From Patescibacteria group bacterium (GTDB lineage: Bacteria > Patescibacteriota > Microgenomatia > UBA10105 > UBA927): a DNA stretch of 64,000 bases. Position 1 is the stretch's first letter; every line of letters starts with the position of its first letter. Location: assembly GCA_038062895.1 (NCBI GenBank), contig JBBTWJ010000005.1:3715-67714 (forward strand), written 5' to 3'. Positions 19,780 through 30,688 of this stretch are shown here, piece by piece. The notes beneath the pieces were generated by a model. The model was given only the letters and a program-made list of their open reading frames with translations, was not told the origin of the DNA and ran no database searches. The translations under genes and the position numbers were made by a program.

Positions 19780-20535
19780 ATGACCAAACAAAATATCGCC
19801 CTTATCACGGGATCTTCAAGCGGCATCGGCGCAGGAATTGCCAAGGTGTTAGCTCGCCACGAATATCTGGTGATAATTACGTATAAGGATCATAAAAAAT
19901 GGGGCGAAGATGTCGTTGCTGCCATCAAAAAAGAGAACGGCAAAGCAGTCCTCCGCGAGCTCGATGTCACGGATGAAGAAAGTGTGAAGGCGTGTTTTGA
20001 TTTCGTCATGAAAGAATACGGCTACCTCAATGTCCTCGTCAATAATGCCGCTGTCGATGGCATAGCTCCCATAGAAACCTGTACGTTTGATAGGTGGAAA
20101 AACATTACGAGAACAAAAATCGATGGAAATTTCCTTTGTACCAAATACGCGCTCCCGCTTCTGAAAATCCCCGGCAAGGCTGACCTGATCGTCATCATGT
20201 CCAGCATGGGCGAGAGACCGGATTCTGATGATGTCCCTTACTGTGTAGGAACAGCGGGGACGATCGCCTTCGTCAAAGCTATGGCAAAGGGTCTGGCAAA
20301 ATACGGCATCAGAACAAACGGCATTGGTCCGGGAGAAACAAAAACACATAACGGATACTGGGCTGAGGCAGGCCTTATGACCGATGACGCGTGGGATAAA
20401 TTCGCAAAAGGCAATCCTCTCGGAAGAGTCACAACGCCTGAAGACGTCGGTGAGACAGCCCTTGCCATCATTGAAAACAAAACAGCTTTCTGGAACGGAA
20501 ACTTCATCTACGTCAACGGCGGTGGCCACCTGTAA
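19780..20535 (+). CDS. SDR family oxidoreductase (FabG-like)
   Basis: TGSSSGIGAGIA, NNAAV and a Y..K catalytic region. Confidence 0.9.
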   Translation: MTKQNIALITGSSSGIGAGIAKVLARHEYLVIITYKDHKKWGEDVVAAIKKENGKAVLRELDVTDEESVKACFDFVMKEYGYLNVLVNNAAVDGIAPIETCTFDRWKNITRTKIDGNFLCTKYALPLLKIPGKADLIVIMSSMGERPDSDDVPYCVGTAGTIAFVKAMAKGLAKYGIRTNGIGPGETKTHNGYWAEAGLMTDDAWDKFAKGNPLGRVTTPEDVGETALAIIENKTAFWNGNFIYVNGGGHL

Positions 20536-20609
20536 TTCCTCCGCCCTACTAACCATGTGTGCAATCCTTGCCAGTTTCTAAAAACCCTCTCACACTATCA
20601 ACGGAACAA

Positions 20610-21350
20610 TCAAATAAATAACCACGCGGTAAAAATCGAAATAGTGAGGAACGAAAGCTGGGTGATGACGCGGGCTGACTGACTCCCAAAAAGCTCGCTT
20701 AAACGAACAACGAGAACAAATAGAAAAAAAACGGCAGCAAGAATCGAAATTGGTGGAAGCCATAATGCTCCCACCGCCCCCCCAGCTCCCCGTTTCATAA
20801 ACCACTCAGCCATTCCTTGATTTTTAAGAACGATAAAATGAACGGCAATCGCAATAAACGCCAGGCGCGCGCCCCAGTACTGGAGCTTCCACCAAACTCT
20901 CGTCCCGATTGCCCGCTCCACGGCTGCGCCGGAGAGCAGAAGAAGGATAAACATGATCACTAAACCTGCAAGTCCCGAGTATGCCGAGACTGGTTGAGCA
21001 GTATAAAATCCCCACGGACCGCGGCGGGCAAGCGGAAACATGGAAAGGTACACGTGGGCCACTCCGGTAAAAAATGTAAGGACTCCCAGTTCTTTGCGGT
21101 ATTTGAGAGCGTGATCAAACAGAGTAAAGAGTCGGGAAAGAGGTCCAAGCAGTAAAACAATCCCAAGGAGAAACAACGTACTCGTTGCTAGACTTTTGTT
21201 CAGCGTTGATAACCCTTCCACTCCATAGCGCACCGCGGCGTACCGGTATACCAGCCAAACCGTGATCGCAGTGACAACTAGCGCTACTGCGTATTGTCGA
21301 ATGTTTTCCCCATTTGCCGATACCATCGGTTTCACCCGTTTCTTTGCCAT
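20610..21350 (-). CDS. Membrane protein, ferric-reductase-like TM domain (MsrQ/YedZ-like)
   Basis: 246 aa, 6 TM, with conserved His residues in the TM helices (GVAHVYLSM; AVHFIVL). Confidence 0.5.
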   Translation of the reverse strand: MAKKRVKPMVSANGENIRQYAVALVVTAITVWLVYRYAAVRYGVEGLSTLNKSLATSTLFLLGIVLLLGPLSRLFTLFDHALKYRKELGVLTFFTGVAHVYLSMFPLARRGPWGFYTAQPVSAYSGLAGLVIMFILLLLSGAAVERAIGTRVWWKLQYWGARLAFIAIAVHFIVLKNQGMAEWFMKRGAGGAVGALWLPPISILAAVFFLFVLVVRLSELFGSQSARVITQLSFLTISIFTAWLFI

Positions 21351-21407
21351 ACCGTATTTAGTATAAGCCCACAGAGAGAAACTGCAAGAAGCTGATATAA
21401 TAAACTT

Positions 21408-21890
21408 ATGAACATCGAGTGGTGTACGTTCTTAGGTAAAAAAGGAAAACGCGGCGTGATCACGCTTAAGCCGCTTGGGGTTGCAAGAAACGACGTGAAG
21501 AAACCCTCGCTTTCCGGATGGAGCGATCTCGTCACTGATATCGTCATCAGCAAAAAATACGAACGGGGACTTGATGGCATGGAGGACTATTCCCACATCA
21601 TCGTCCTTTACTGGTTGGATCAGGAAAAAGAGTGCCACCTCAAGCACCACCCGCAAGGAAGAGCGGATATCCCCTACATCGGCATATTTGCCTGCCGCTG
21701 CCCCCAGCGGCCAAATCCCATCGGTATGTCCACAGTGCCATTGATTTCCCGTAAAGGAAATGTTTTGAAAGTGAAGGGTCTGGATATTCTGGACGGGACG
21801 CCCATTTTAGACGTCAAACCCTATTGGCCGGTGTATGATAAGGTAGAAAAAACCGTCATCCCTCCGTGGGTTAATAAGCTCGTTTTTTGA
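21408..21890 (+). CDS. trmO: tRNA (adenine37-N6)-methyltransferase TrmO/TsaA family
   Basis: GLDILDGTPILDVKPY with the YaeB-like fold signature. Confidence 0.85.
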   Translation: MNIEWCTFLGKKGKRGVITLKPLGVARNDVKKPSLSGWSDLVTDIVISKKYERGLDGMEDYSHIIVLYWLDQEKECHLKHHPQGRADIPYIGIFACRCPQRPNPIGMSTVPLISRKGNVLKVKGLDILDGTPILDVKPYWPVYDKVEKTVIPPWVNKLVF

Positions 21891-21891
21891 G

Positions 21892-23016
21892 CTATTCGAG
21901 GTAATCGCGCAATTTTTTACTTCTACTTGGGTGCCTTAATTTCCGGAGTGCCTTGGCTTCTATCTGCCGGATGCGCTCACGGGTGACGCCAAACTGCGCG
22001 CCCACTTCCTCAAGCGTCCGGGGCCGACCGTCTTCAAGTCCAAATCGTAAAATGAGCACTTTCTTCTCGCGGTCGGAAAGCGTCGCTAATACTTCTTCCA
22101 TGTGCTCTTTGAGGAGTTGCCGGCTGGTCTGATCATAGGGCGTGGGACCCGGATCGGAAATGAAGTCGCCTAAGTGGCTGTCTTCCTCATCGCCTACCGG
22201 CGTCTCAAGACTGGTCGGCTCCTGGGAAACTTTTTGAATCTCGCGCACTTTGGAGACGTCTATCTCCATGACCTTGGCTACCTCCTCGGGGGTCGGCTCC
22301 CGCCCCAATTCCTGCATGAGGCGGCGGCTCGCGCGGACAAAACGATTGATCGTCTCCACCATATGGACGGGAATGCGAATCGTGCGGGCCTGATCGGCAA
22401 TCGCCCGCGTAATCGCCTGACGGATCCACCAGGTGGCGTAAGTCGAAAACTTAAATCCTTTACGCCAGTCGTACTTTTCTACTGCACGAATCAGTCCCTG
22501 GTTTCCCTCCTGGATAAGGTCAAGGAGGCTCATGCCCCGACCGATATATTTTTTGGCGATGGAAACGACCAACCGAAGATTACTTTCCGTGAGCTTTTTC
22601 TTGGCGCGTTTGTCACCTTTTTCGTAGCGTTTGGCGAGGCTCATCTCGTCCTCAAACTTGAGAAGCGGCACCCGGCCGATTTCCTTAAGATACATACGGA
22701 CCGGATCAGACACGCCCTCATCCCCCGCGCGGGCAAGTGCTTCAATTTCTTTTTCCAGGTCAGCGATACTTTTACTGGCTTCCTTTTCTATATCCTGGCT
22801 CGTCGTCTCAAACACATCCACCCCGGCCCTGATGAGCTGGTCGTAAAGGTGATCAAGTTCCGGTATATGGTCTTCGGGTTTGGGAAAAAGAGTGAGGATA
22901 TCATCCTGTGTCACGAAGCCGTTGTCTTTGCCTTCCTTCAGAAGGTCGCTTATCGATGCCACGGAAGAGTGAGGTTTGGTAGCCATTGTGTTCGAACGTT
23001 CCCGCCTCTTGTTCAT
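21892..23016 (-). CDS. rpoD: RNA polymerase sigma factor RpoD (sigma-70)
   Basis: Regions 1.2 through 4 are present ([27 protein letters not shown], and a region-4 HTH). The start may be the Met at 22986. Confidence 0.95.
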   Translation of the reverse strand: MNKRRERSNTMATKPHSSVASISDLLKEGKDNGFVTQDDILTLFPKPEDHIPELDHLYDQLIRAGVDVFETTSQDIEKEASKSIADLEKEIEALARAGDEGVSDPVRMYLKEIGRVPLLKFEDEMSLAKRYEKGDKRAKKKLTESNLRLVVSIAKKYIGRGMSLLDLIQEGNQGLIRAVEKYDWRKGFKFSTYATWWIRQAITRAIADQARTIRIPVHMVETINRFVRASRRLMQELGREPTPEEVAKVMEIDVSKVREIQKVSQEPTSLETPVGDEEDSHLGDFISDPGPTPYDQTSRQLLKEHMEEVLATLSDREKKVLILRFGLEDGRPRTLEEVGAQFGVTRERIRQIEAKALRKLRHPSRSKKLRDYLE

Positions 23017-23080
23017 CTCAATAAAGAAAAACGGAGACAGTAGTAAACGTCGCGTACTTCAAGGATCAAGTATAACAGGT

Positions 23081-24862
23081 TTAGCGTGGCTTTTCCAGAG
23101 TGTTAAGAGATTCCGTCAGACTCCGAAGCTCTTCCTGCAGAGCACTCTCCCGATCAGAGGGCGTATCCCCAACCAGTTCACGCGAAATTTCCGTCATCCG
23201 GCGCCGAAGGTTGGCGCGTTTAAGGGCAAACAAGGCCTTGGTCCAATCTTTACTCAAGCGTTCTGCGTCGTCCAAAAGATCCCCTATGTCCCACAAAAAT
23301 GCTTCATCAAGTGTCGCTACGAGCTCCTGGGGCAACTGGTCGGCAAAATCTTTGATAAGAAAAATCGTGTGATCGTTAAGATAATGGTCTAATTGTTCAA
23401 TGATCTGCCGGACTGATGAGATCGTGAGGTCTGAAGGATGCAACATCCCGTTAAACTCTTCATAAAGCTCTGTCGTTTTTCCCTGCAAAAGAATCGCTAA
23501 TATGTAGAGCTCTAAATTCTCCTCCAGGCCACGGCCTTTTTTCGTCGCTTGATTTCCACGTTCCTCCTCTTTGCGGCCCGTTACTTGTTGACGCGCTTGC
23601 CTCCGCATCCCATCGTTGATAGCATCCTCCGAAACCTCCAACACACCGCTTAGTTTTTTGATGTAATGCCCCTGCACGATAGGGTTTTCGATTTTGGCAA
23701 TGATGGGCAGAAGCTCATCGCTAATTTTTCGTTTACTGAAGGAATCGTTCGTATCGTACCGTTTGAGGGCCGACGCGATGAAGTAATCATATATAGGTTC
23801 TGCCGCTTTGAGTGCTTTTTTAAAAAGTGCGGGATTCTCCCGCGCCGCGTCATCGGGATCTTTGCCGGTGGGCATCGAAGCGACCCGCAAATCCAGTCCC
23901 GCCCGATCGGCTATCTCAATCCCCCGCCGGGCCGCAGCGTCTCCTGCCAGATCGCTATCGAGTGCCAACACGAGCCGGTCGGCAAAACGCCGGAGGAGGT
24001 TGACGTGTCCCTCGGTAAGAGCCGATCCTTTTATCGCCACCACGTTTCCCACTCCGGCTTGAAACGAGGAAATCACGTCAAACTCTCCTTCCATGACAAT
24101 GGCCTCGCTTTCTTTTTGGATAGCCGATTTGGTGACATCTAGTCCATAGAGCACATTGCTCTTGCTATACACGAGCGTTTCAGACGTGTTGATATATTTG
24201 GCTTCCTTAGCCTCCGGATCCAAAAGCCGACCGGAAAATCCGACGACGTTGCCGCGGTGATCCTTGAGCGTAAACATGATCCGACCACGGAACCGGTCAT
24301 ACCCACCGCGATTGGAGGGGATCATGAGCCCCGCCTGATCGAGGACTGATTCATCATATCCTTTCTTTTTGAGGTATTTCAGGAGTCCATCCCAACTGTT
24401 GGGACTGTAGCCCAGACCAAATGTTTTGATGGTTTTGTCCGTCACTCCACGGGTTTTGAGGTAATCGCGGGCTTTCTGACCTATCGTGTGTTTTGTGAGA
24501 AGAAATTGATAATACTCGCTTGCCAGATGGTTGGCAGCATATATTTTTTCCTTGAGTTTGGCCTCCGGCGTATCCCCCATCCGGCGTTCCAGTTTGACCC
24601 CTGCTTTCTCCGCTAAGCTCTCCAGAGCTTCCACAAAGTCGACGCGCTCGTACTCCATCACAAAATCGATGACACTTCCGCCCTTCCCGCAGCCGAAACA
24701 CTTCCATGAGGCGCGCTCCGGAGACACGATAAATGATGGTGTTTTTTCACTATGAAACGGGCACAGCGCCTTCCAATGCCGGCCAGCTTTTTTAAGATTC
24801 ACGCGGCCGCCGATCACATCAATAATATTCGTCCTGGTTTTGACTTCATCTATGTCACTCAT
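23081..24862 (-). CDS. dnaG: DNA primase DnaG
   Basis: CHC2 zinc finger (CPFHSEKTPSF..CFGCGKGG), a TOPRIM domain and a C-terminal helicase-interaction region. Located upstream of rpoD. Confidence 0.95.
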   Translation of the reverse strand: MSDIDEVKTRTNIIDVIGGRVNLKKAGRHWKALCPFHSEKTPSFIVSPERASWKCFGCGKGGSVIDFVMEYERVDFVEALESLAEKAGVKLERRMGDTPEAKLKEKIYAANHLASEYYQFLLTKHTIGQKARDYLKTRGVTDKTIKTFGLGYSPNSWDGLLKYLKKKGYDESVLDQAGLMIPSNRGGYDRFRGRIMFTLKDHRGNVVGFSGRLLDPEAKEAKYINTSETLVYSKSNVLYGLDVTKSAIQKESEAIVMEGEFDVISSFQAGVGNVVAIKGSALTEGHVNLLRRFADRLVLALDSDLAGDAAARRGIEIADRAGLDLRVASMPTGKDPDDAARENPALFKKALKAAEPIYDYFIASALKRYDTNDSFSKRKISDELLPIIAKIENPIVQGHYIKKLSGVLEVSEDAINDGMRRQARQQVTGRKEEERGNQATKKGRGLEENLELYILAILLQGKTTELYEEFNGMLHPSDLTISSVRQIIEQLDHYLNDHTIFLIKDFADQLPQELVATLDEAFLWDIGDLLDDAERLSKDWTKALFALKRANLRRRMTEISRELVGDTPSDRESALQEELRSLTESLNTLEKPR

Positions 24863-24909
24863 GGTAAATCGGACTATAACACGAAGGGGTTGAGAGGTCT
24901 AACAACGGA

Positions 24910-26088
24910 CTATGATATCGCTTTTTGATTCCCAACAAGCACGATAGAAAGCGGCAATACGGTAATCAAGGTAAGCACGCCAAGAATCGTATAGATCATC
25001 CGCACGCCGTAGGAGGCGATGATAGGGCCAGACAGAGAAGTAATCACGACGTAAACAACTCCCACGATCATGGAGAGGGCGGATATGGCCGTCGCCCGGT
25101 ATTTGCTATCAAATTGCTCATTGGTATAGCGCGTTAGGACAATCCAACGCCCAGTACCCACCATAACCGCACCCGCAATAAACGGCACGGCCCACCATCC
25201 TTGGAAAAGAATTCCGGGCAAAAAACAAAGGAGCATCATAGCCGGAAAAAAGTATATCAATCGCTTCCGCGTAAAAATGTGATTGTTTTTCAAAAAAGCC
25301 GTCAGCACAAAGACATTAAACAACCGGATGCCGCCAATCAGGTATCCGCGCATCGCGTCGGCAAACCCGAGCTCCACGAGGATAAAATCGAAAAAATAAA
25401 GATTATTCGTCCAGGTAATGCCGGCGACAGCAATATAAAAAAGTGACATGAATGCAGCACTTTTTGACTTAAATGCTTCGAGTAACCCACGCTTCATCTG
25501 AAAAAAATAACTCCTGATGGTAAACCTCGCGGAGTCAATCGCCGGTTCGATAAAAAACAGTGCGATGATCCCACCCACGACACTCGTCGCCGCCCATCCC
25601 ACGTACGGTAGTCCTTGCCAAATTCCGTACAACACCCCGCCGGAGGCGACGGCTACGACAAGGCCGATCTGATACCAGAAACTGTTGCGGGCAGTCACCT
25701 TACTATACGTTTGCTCCAACCCATCCTGTTTATGCGAATCATATACAAGCGCCTCAAGCGCCCCGGAAACAAGTGCATCGCCTAAGCCCCAAATGATGAC
25801 AGCGATAAGCATCTCGGCAAATCCATGACTCGTAAGGAGTAAAATTGCCGCCAGAGCCCACGCGATATGGCCAGCGACGACCGACCATTTCCGGCCAAAA
25901 ATATCCGCAAGCGCGCCTGTGGGAAGTTCGAGAATAAGCTGAGACGCATACTGAACGGCAACAAGAAGAGATATCTGCACGGTCGTAATGCGCTGTTGAT
26001 AAAAAACGATCCAGATGGGGATAGTGAATATGAGGGCGCTGAAGAACTGGGATACAATAAATATGGTGTCGTTGCGTTTGGAGATCAT
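24910..26088 (-). CDS. MFS transporter
   Basis: 12-TM MFS pattern. Start at the internal Met MISKRN. Confidence 0.8.
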   Translation of the reverse strand: MISKRNDTIFIVSQFFSALIFTIPIWIVFYQQRITTVQISLLVAVQYASQLILELPTGALADIFGRKWSVVAGHIAWALAAILLLTSHGFAEMLIAVIIWGLGDALVSGALEALVYDSHKQDGLEQTYSKVTARNSFWYQIGLVVAVASGGVLYGIWQGLPYVGWAATSVVGGIIALFFIEPAIDSARFTIRSYFFQMKRGLLEAFKSKSAAFMSLFYIAVAGITWTNNLYFFDFILVELGFADAMRGYLIGGIRLFNVFVLTAFLKNNHIFTRKRLIYFFPAMMLLCFLPGILFQGWWAVPFIAGAVMVGTGRWIVLTRYTNEQFDSKYRATAISALSMIVGVVYVVITSLSGPIIASYGVRMIYTILGVLTLITVLPLSIVLVGNQKAIS

Positions 26089-26093
26089 ATGCG

Positions 26094-26387
26094 TCACCCT
26101 ATCGTGACTCCCACGAAGTCGATCTTGGGGAAAACTTTTTTGACCTCTGCCCAAAACTTCTCGGAGAGCTTTGCCGAAAACTGACCAAACTTACCGGTCG
26201 CCATATTGGCACAAAGCCGTCGTTCGTACTCGCGGATTACTTCAACAACCTCCGCGCCGTACTGATTAAATAACTTCTGCCACTGGGTGGGGTTCATGGC
26301 ATACTCCCTATGGATATCCGCGAAGTTATCAAAGAGCTCTTTGTGCTCTTCCATCATTTTCGCCATCATTTTTTGATACTCACTCAT
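26094..26387 (-). CDS. Hypothetical protein
   Basis: Roughly a 97-aa acidic helical ORF starting at MSEYQKMM. Confidence 0.4.
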   Translation of the reverse strand: MSEYQKMMAKMMEEHKELFDNFADIHREYAMNPTQWQKLFNQYGAEVVEVIREYERRLCANMATGKFGQFSAKLSEKFWAEVKKVFPKIDFVGVTIG

Positions 26388-26530
26388 ACCAGGTAGTAAA
26401 ATTTCGCTGTTCCTTGCGGAACAAAAACTCATCCTCGATGAACGTATAATCTCCCCATATACCAGATAATTCAATTTCACGATGTGTCATCACGTCGTGC
26501 GAAATTTCACTACCTGGCATAATTTTTCAC

Positions 26531-27394
26531 TCATGAAAACAATAATAATGCGATCCCTACGGTCATGCCGCCAACAGCAGCGAACTTTTTCCATGACAGA
26601 TGATCTCCAAAGAGGAGGGCAACGAGCACCGTATACACGGCGTTGGATGCGGCGTTGATGGTGCCCACGTATCCCAAGTTGGGGGCGGCGATTTCCGCGG
26701 ATAATTTGAAAAAATAGAATCCGGAAACCGATATGCCCAAAAGACCAAGCAGCCCCAATATTTTTGCGTCCATCTTCTGTCTTTTTGTCTGCACTCGCAC
26801 AATATCCACACCCGTCAGGCCAAGGGTGGCGATACAAACCCAAAAAAGCTGCGGAATGGTTCCGATCCCCTGTTGAGCGAAATATTTTCCAGAAAGAGAG
26901 GTCGTCCCAAAACACACCATGGCAACGACTGCGTAGATGACCCATTCATAATTGATTCTATTCATCTTCTTTCCCCGCTGATACGCAACCAGTGCCGCGC
27001 AGACAAGGATGAGACCCGAAAGAGTAAATTTATACCAAGATATTTCGGACCCATAGAGAATGACTGCGGCAAACAAGGTATAGACGGCATAACTTTTTTG
27101 GATGATCAAGCTGTAGCCGGCGTTGGGTGCGCCTTCCATCGATTTGTATCCGGCAATTGTTCCAATGTAATTGAGGACCGCCCGGAAGACAATAAACGAA
27201 ACAAGCAAAACGACCGGATACATCAGGGGCAATTTGTTGATAACGGCAAGAACAAAAAATACGACGGTGGGAAATGCATAGTTTGCGATGGTGTAGATCC
27301 GTTTATCGACCCCAAGCATCTGCAACTTTTTTACCGAAAGGTAAAAAATGATAGAGCATACAAACATGAGAAGGCTTGAAATGATCCAAGACAT
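26531..27394 (-). CDS. DMT-superfamily membrane transporter (EamA-like)
   Basis: About 10 TM helices in two duplicated halves. Confidence 0.6.
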   Translation of the reverse strand: MSWIISSLLMFVCSIIFYLSVKKLQMLGVDKRIYTIANYAFPTVVFFVLAVINKLPLMYPVVLLVSFIVFRAVLNYIGTIAGYKSMEGAPNAGYSLIIQKSYAVYTLFAAVILYGSEISWYKFTLSGLILVCAALVAYQRGKKMNRINYEWVIYAVVAMVCFGTTSLSGKYFAQQGIGTIPQLFWVCIATLGLTGVDIVRVQTKRQKMDAKILGLLGLLGISVSGFYFFKLSAEIAAPNLGYVGTINAASNAVYTVLVALLFGDHLSWKKFAAVGGMTVGIALLLFS

Positions 27395-27398
27395 AGTC

Positions 27399-27650
27399 CT
27401 AATTATATACAACAGACCGGTGTCCCGCAGTGATAACAGTTATGATCCCATCTGTTTTATCTACCGTATAAATAATTCTATACACCCCAACGCGCAAGGA
27501 AAATCTACCGGTTAACTCACGAGTAAGCGGTTTGCCGATAAACGGGTCTTCTGAAATTTCTCCTAATGCTTCCAATACGGCTTTCTGGTGGTCAATCTTC
27601 AATCTTTTTAACCCTTTTCCTGCTTTAGGTGAAATGCGAAGTTTATACAT
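27399..27650 (-). CDS. Type II toxin, RelE/ParE family
   Basis: 83 aa (...RFSLRVGVYRIIYTVDKTDGIITVITAGHR), overlapping the upstream antitoxin gene by 8 nt. Confidence 0.85.
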   Translation of the reverse strand: MYKLRISPKAGKGLKRLKIDHQKAVLEALGEISEDPFIGKPLTRELTGRFSLRVGVYRIIYTVDKTDGIITVITAGHRSVVYN

Positions 27651-27918
27651 GAAGCTTCAGATCCTTTTTCAGCTGTGGAAAGGTGATATATCTGCCTTTT
27701 TTAATATCTTCTTCTCCTTCTCTAATGGCCTTCATGAGCTTTGGGTCACTTAAAATTTCTAACGTTTCTTTCCATGATTCAAATTCAGCAACAGACATAA
27801 GCACTGCCGCGGGGTACCCGTTGACGGTAATAATATACTCATCGAGACGCAACCTCGCGTTATCCACAAGCGTGGTTAATTCTTCTCGTACTTTTGTGAT
27901 AGGAAGTGTTTGGATCAT
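27643..27918 (-). CDS. Type II antitoxin, Phd/YefM family
   Basis: 91 aa (MIQTLPITKVREELTTLVDNA..ITVNGYPAAVLMSVAEFESWKETLEIL). Confidence 0.85.
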   Translation of the reverse strand: MIQTLPITKVREELTTLVDNARLRLDEYIITVNGYPAAVLMSVAEFESWKETLEILSDPKLMKAIREGEEDIKKGRYITFPQLKKDLKLHV

Positions 27919-27949
27919 ATCATGATATTACATAATTCTGTACAGAGTG

Positions 27950-28819
27950 TCAATATGCATGTAATCCAAAATGATTAAATATATCCAATACCCCATTCTC
28001 ATTGACGTCCGGACCTATATAATAGGTTCCTTTTGGTCTTCCCGCAACAAGCTTTTTGAGATCTTCACTTGCATTTCCCATAGCGCTGGCAAAGCCGCAA
28101 ACCTCAAGAAAGTTCCAGTCCGTCAACCCGTCCCCGACGCCCAACGTTTGAGCAAGGGGTATGCCTGTGTGTCTGGCAATGGTGAGCGCTGCGCTCTTTT
28201 TCGAAATGCCGGGAGCCGTAACAATTCCAAAACGATATGGTATTGCAGTCGGATGAAGTCCCCACTGAAGCGAAATTGTATTTCCATAAGGAGCAAGCGC
28301 ATCGATAATTTCCTGCTTATCGTTCTCATCTTTGGAAACCGGCATGATTTTGACGACGTCACTCGTCACGACTACATCAGAAAGGGAATCGACGAGAGCG
28401 GGCTGGCGACCCAGTATCACTGTGTGTTTGGTCGTGATATCAGATGCAGCATCCTTGGCTATGAAGTACCCGTCAACGGTATAAAGTTCGACATACGTCC
28501 CACGAGACAAAAGTACTTCTAGTATCTTTTTTGCAATAGTTCTCGCGATACCATGCTTTTCGATCACGGCATTATTGAAAAAATCCATCACCACCGCCCC
28601 TCCATCACCGATATGAAGATTGTTGAGATGTGCGGCTTTTACAATTTCTTTAATGGCAAATGTGCCTTTGCCGGTACAGAGGCTCACGGGTATACCCTTC
28701 TCCCGAAGATGTTTGAGGGCCGCGATGACATGAGGGTGCGGCATCGGATTATTGATACCTTTTTTGCTACCGACGATCACTCCATCCACATCAAGAATAA
28801 TGCCTTTAATCATACCCAT
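27950..28819 (-). CDS. HAD-IIB (Cof-type) phosphatase
   Basis: Motif I ILDVDGV and motif IV GVGDGLTD. Confidence 0.85.
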   Translation of the reverse strand: MGMIKGIILDVDGVIVGSKKGINNPMPHPHVIAALKHLREKGIPVSLCTGKGTFAIKEIVKAAHLNNLHIGDGGAVVMDFFNNAVIEKHGIARTIAKKILEVLLSRGTYVELYTVDGYFIAKDAASDITTKHTVILGRQPALVDSLSDVVVTSDVVKIMPVSKDENDKQEIIDALAPYGNTISLQWGLHPTAIPYRFGIVTAPGISKKSAALTIARHTGIPLAQTLGVGDGLTDWNFLEVCGFASAMGNASEDLKKLVAGRPKGTYYIGPDVNENGVLDIFNHFGLHAY

Positions 28820-28842
28820 GATAAATGTTTCTATCCAATTCT

Positions 28843-29361
28843 CTATTTATCTTTCTTCACCCTATATTTCACTTGTAACAAATCATCGTTTATCTTCTCA
28901 AAACTTACGAGCTCCAACTGCATATAGGGAAAATCTGCTTCAAACAGATGGATACCTTTTGCCATTATTAGGGGATGAATATCGAGGATGATGTCATCGA
29001 TGAGTCCGACTTTGAGAAACGACCCGTTCACGTGGCCGCCGCCGATAATAAGTACGCGATCTAATCCTCGTTGTTCAACAAGTTTTAATACTCCTTGCGG
29101 TGTCGCATCGGTGAAGATGACGTCTCCCTTTGATTGAGTCAACAGCGCTTTGTCATGTGTCATGACGATATTGAGAGCGCCTTTGTACGGGAATGCGTTA
29201 TATTTGACGCACTCATCATACGTCCGCTTCCCCATGATGGCCACCCCTGCCTTCGCCGTCATGGCATACAACGCATCAATATCTTTGACCCACTCCGTAT
29301 CGTCATTGGGGCCGGCAACAAATCCATTGATCGTGATAGCCATGAGTAAGGTGACACGCAT
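28843..29361 (-). CDS. Dihydrofolate reductase-like (RibD C-terminal domain family) protein
   Basis: ...LLMAITINGFVAGPNDDTEW...VAIMGKRTYD..LIIGGGHVNGSFLK. Confidence 0.8.
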   Translation of the reverse strand: MRVTLLMAITINGFVAGPNDDTEWVKDIDALYAMTAKAGVAIMGKRTYDECVKYNAFPYKGALNIVMTHDKALLTQSKGDVIFTDATPQGVLKLVEQRGLDRVLIIGGGHVNGSFLKVGLIDDIILDIHPLIMAKGIHLFEADFPYMQLELVSFEKINDDLLQVKYRVKKDK

Positions 29362-29377
29362 AGTCTGTAGTATAACC

Positions 29378-30673
29378 TCACGAACCGGATCTTGGTACTG
29401 TTTGCATCTTCCCTGCTACCCAACCACTTGCCCATGCCCATGAAAGATTAAACCCACCCACCATGCCATCGACATTGAGAATTTCCCCGGCAAAATAGAG
29501 TCCGTTCGCTTTCCGGGACGCAAGGGTCTGCGGATCCACCTCTGCCGTGTCTACGCCACCGGCCGTAAACTCCGCTTCGTTCCATCCTCGAGTCTCCGTC
29601 ACATCCGCCGTAAAGGCGATAAGCGTTTTGACGAGTCGGTCAATTTCCCCCCGGGTGATCTCTCCTGATAGCCGTTCCTTGGGAATCTCTGCCACTGCAC
29701 AGGCTGCTCCGGATGCTTTTTGCGTGAGCAGTCCCCATAAGCTGTGAGCCACGGGATACGACGGGTGACGTTGCCACCGCTCCGACAAAATTTTTCTCAC
29801 GCCATCAACGGGCGCATTTGGGAAAAAAGACAATCGCACGGATGTATCCGTTTTCTTTTCACGATTAATCCGCACAGAGAAATCGAAACTAATATCCAAT
29901 ATTGCCGGACCGGAAAATCCATACTGGGTAAACATGACATCTCCGACGGCAGTCGTCCGGTCTTGTCCACCCACAACGGACGTCGCCTGCATCACCATTT
30001 TTTCTCCCTGGAGGAAATGCGATAGAAAATTTTTGGAAACAATAGGGACGGCGCTGACCACAGGAGGAATAATGGTGTGACCGATACTTGCGGCTAAGTC
30101 ATATCCTGAACCATCAGATCCCAGGGATGGATATGTTTTTCCGCCGGAGGAAAGAATAATTATCCGGGCAGCATAGTCTCCTTTATCAGAAACGATTTTC
30201 CATGCGACTCCATTTTTGACAATCGCTGAAACAGACGTAGTACAAAAAATGCTGATCCCTTTTTCCACTAACGCGTCCACCAGCATATCGCGGACGGTCT
30301 TGGCGTGATCAATAACCGGAAATATTTTTCCTTTGTTCGTTTTCCTTTCTTCATAGACCGGCACGCCCAAATCATCAAAAAACTTCATGATATCCATGTA
30401 TCCGAATTGGTTAAAGACAGACGAAATGAATGGCATGTCCCCATGAAAAAAGCCATCGGGACCCTTATCCAGATTCCTATTGGTCAAATTTCCCCGACCG
30501 GCCCCGGCGGTCAAAAATTTCCGTCCCAATTCTGTCGTCCGGTCAATAATGGCAACGGAAAAAGTGGGGTGATGATGTTTCACGGAAAGGGCGGCCATGA
30601 TCCCCGCCGCACCCCCACCGATAATTGCGACATCAAATGATGTGTGTTGTGGTGCCATAAAATTCAGGATCAA
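29378..30673 (-). CDS. NAD(P)/FAD-dependent oxidoreductase, HI0933/BaiN family
   Basis: FAD-binding motif DVAIIGGGAAG plus the HI0933-like insert domain. Confidence 0.85.
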   Translation of the reverse strand: MILNFMAPQHTSFDVAIIGGGAAGIMAALSVKHHHPTFSVAIIDRTTELGRKFLTAGAGRGNLTNRNLDKGPDGFFHGDMPFISSVFNQFGYMDIMKFFDDLGVPVYEERKTNKGKIFPVIDHAKTVRDMLVDALVEKGISIFCTTSVSAIVKNGVAWKIVSDKGDYAARIIILSSGGKTYPSLGSDGSGYDLAASIGHTIIPPVVSAVPIVSKNFLSHFLQGEKMVMQATSVVGGQDRTTAVGDVMFTQYGFSGPAILDISFDFSVRINREKKTDTSVRLSFFPNAPVDGVRKILSERWQRHPSYPVAHSLWGLLTQKASGAACAVAEIPKERLSGEITRGEIDRLVKTLIAFTADVTETRGWNEAEFTAGGVDTAEVDPQTLASRKANGLYFAGEILNVDGMVGGFNLSWAWASGWVAGKMQTVPRSGS

Positions 30674-30688
30674 TCGGGGTCTTTATAT

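Noticed and set aside
22174-23043. 289-aa ORF antisense to rpoD
   Set aside because: rpoD on the minus strand is unambiguous (regions 2-4 conserved). The antisense ORF is an artefact.
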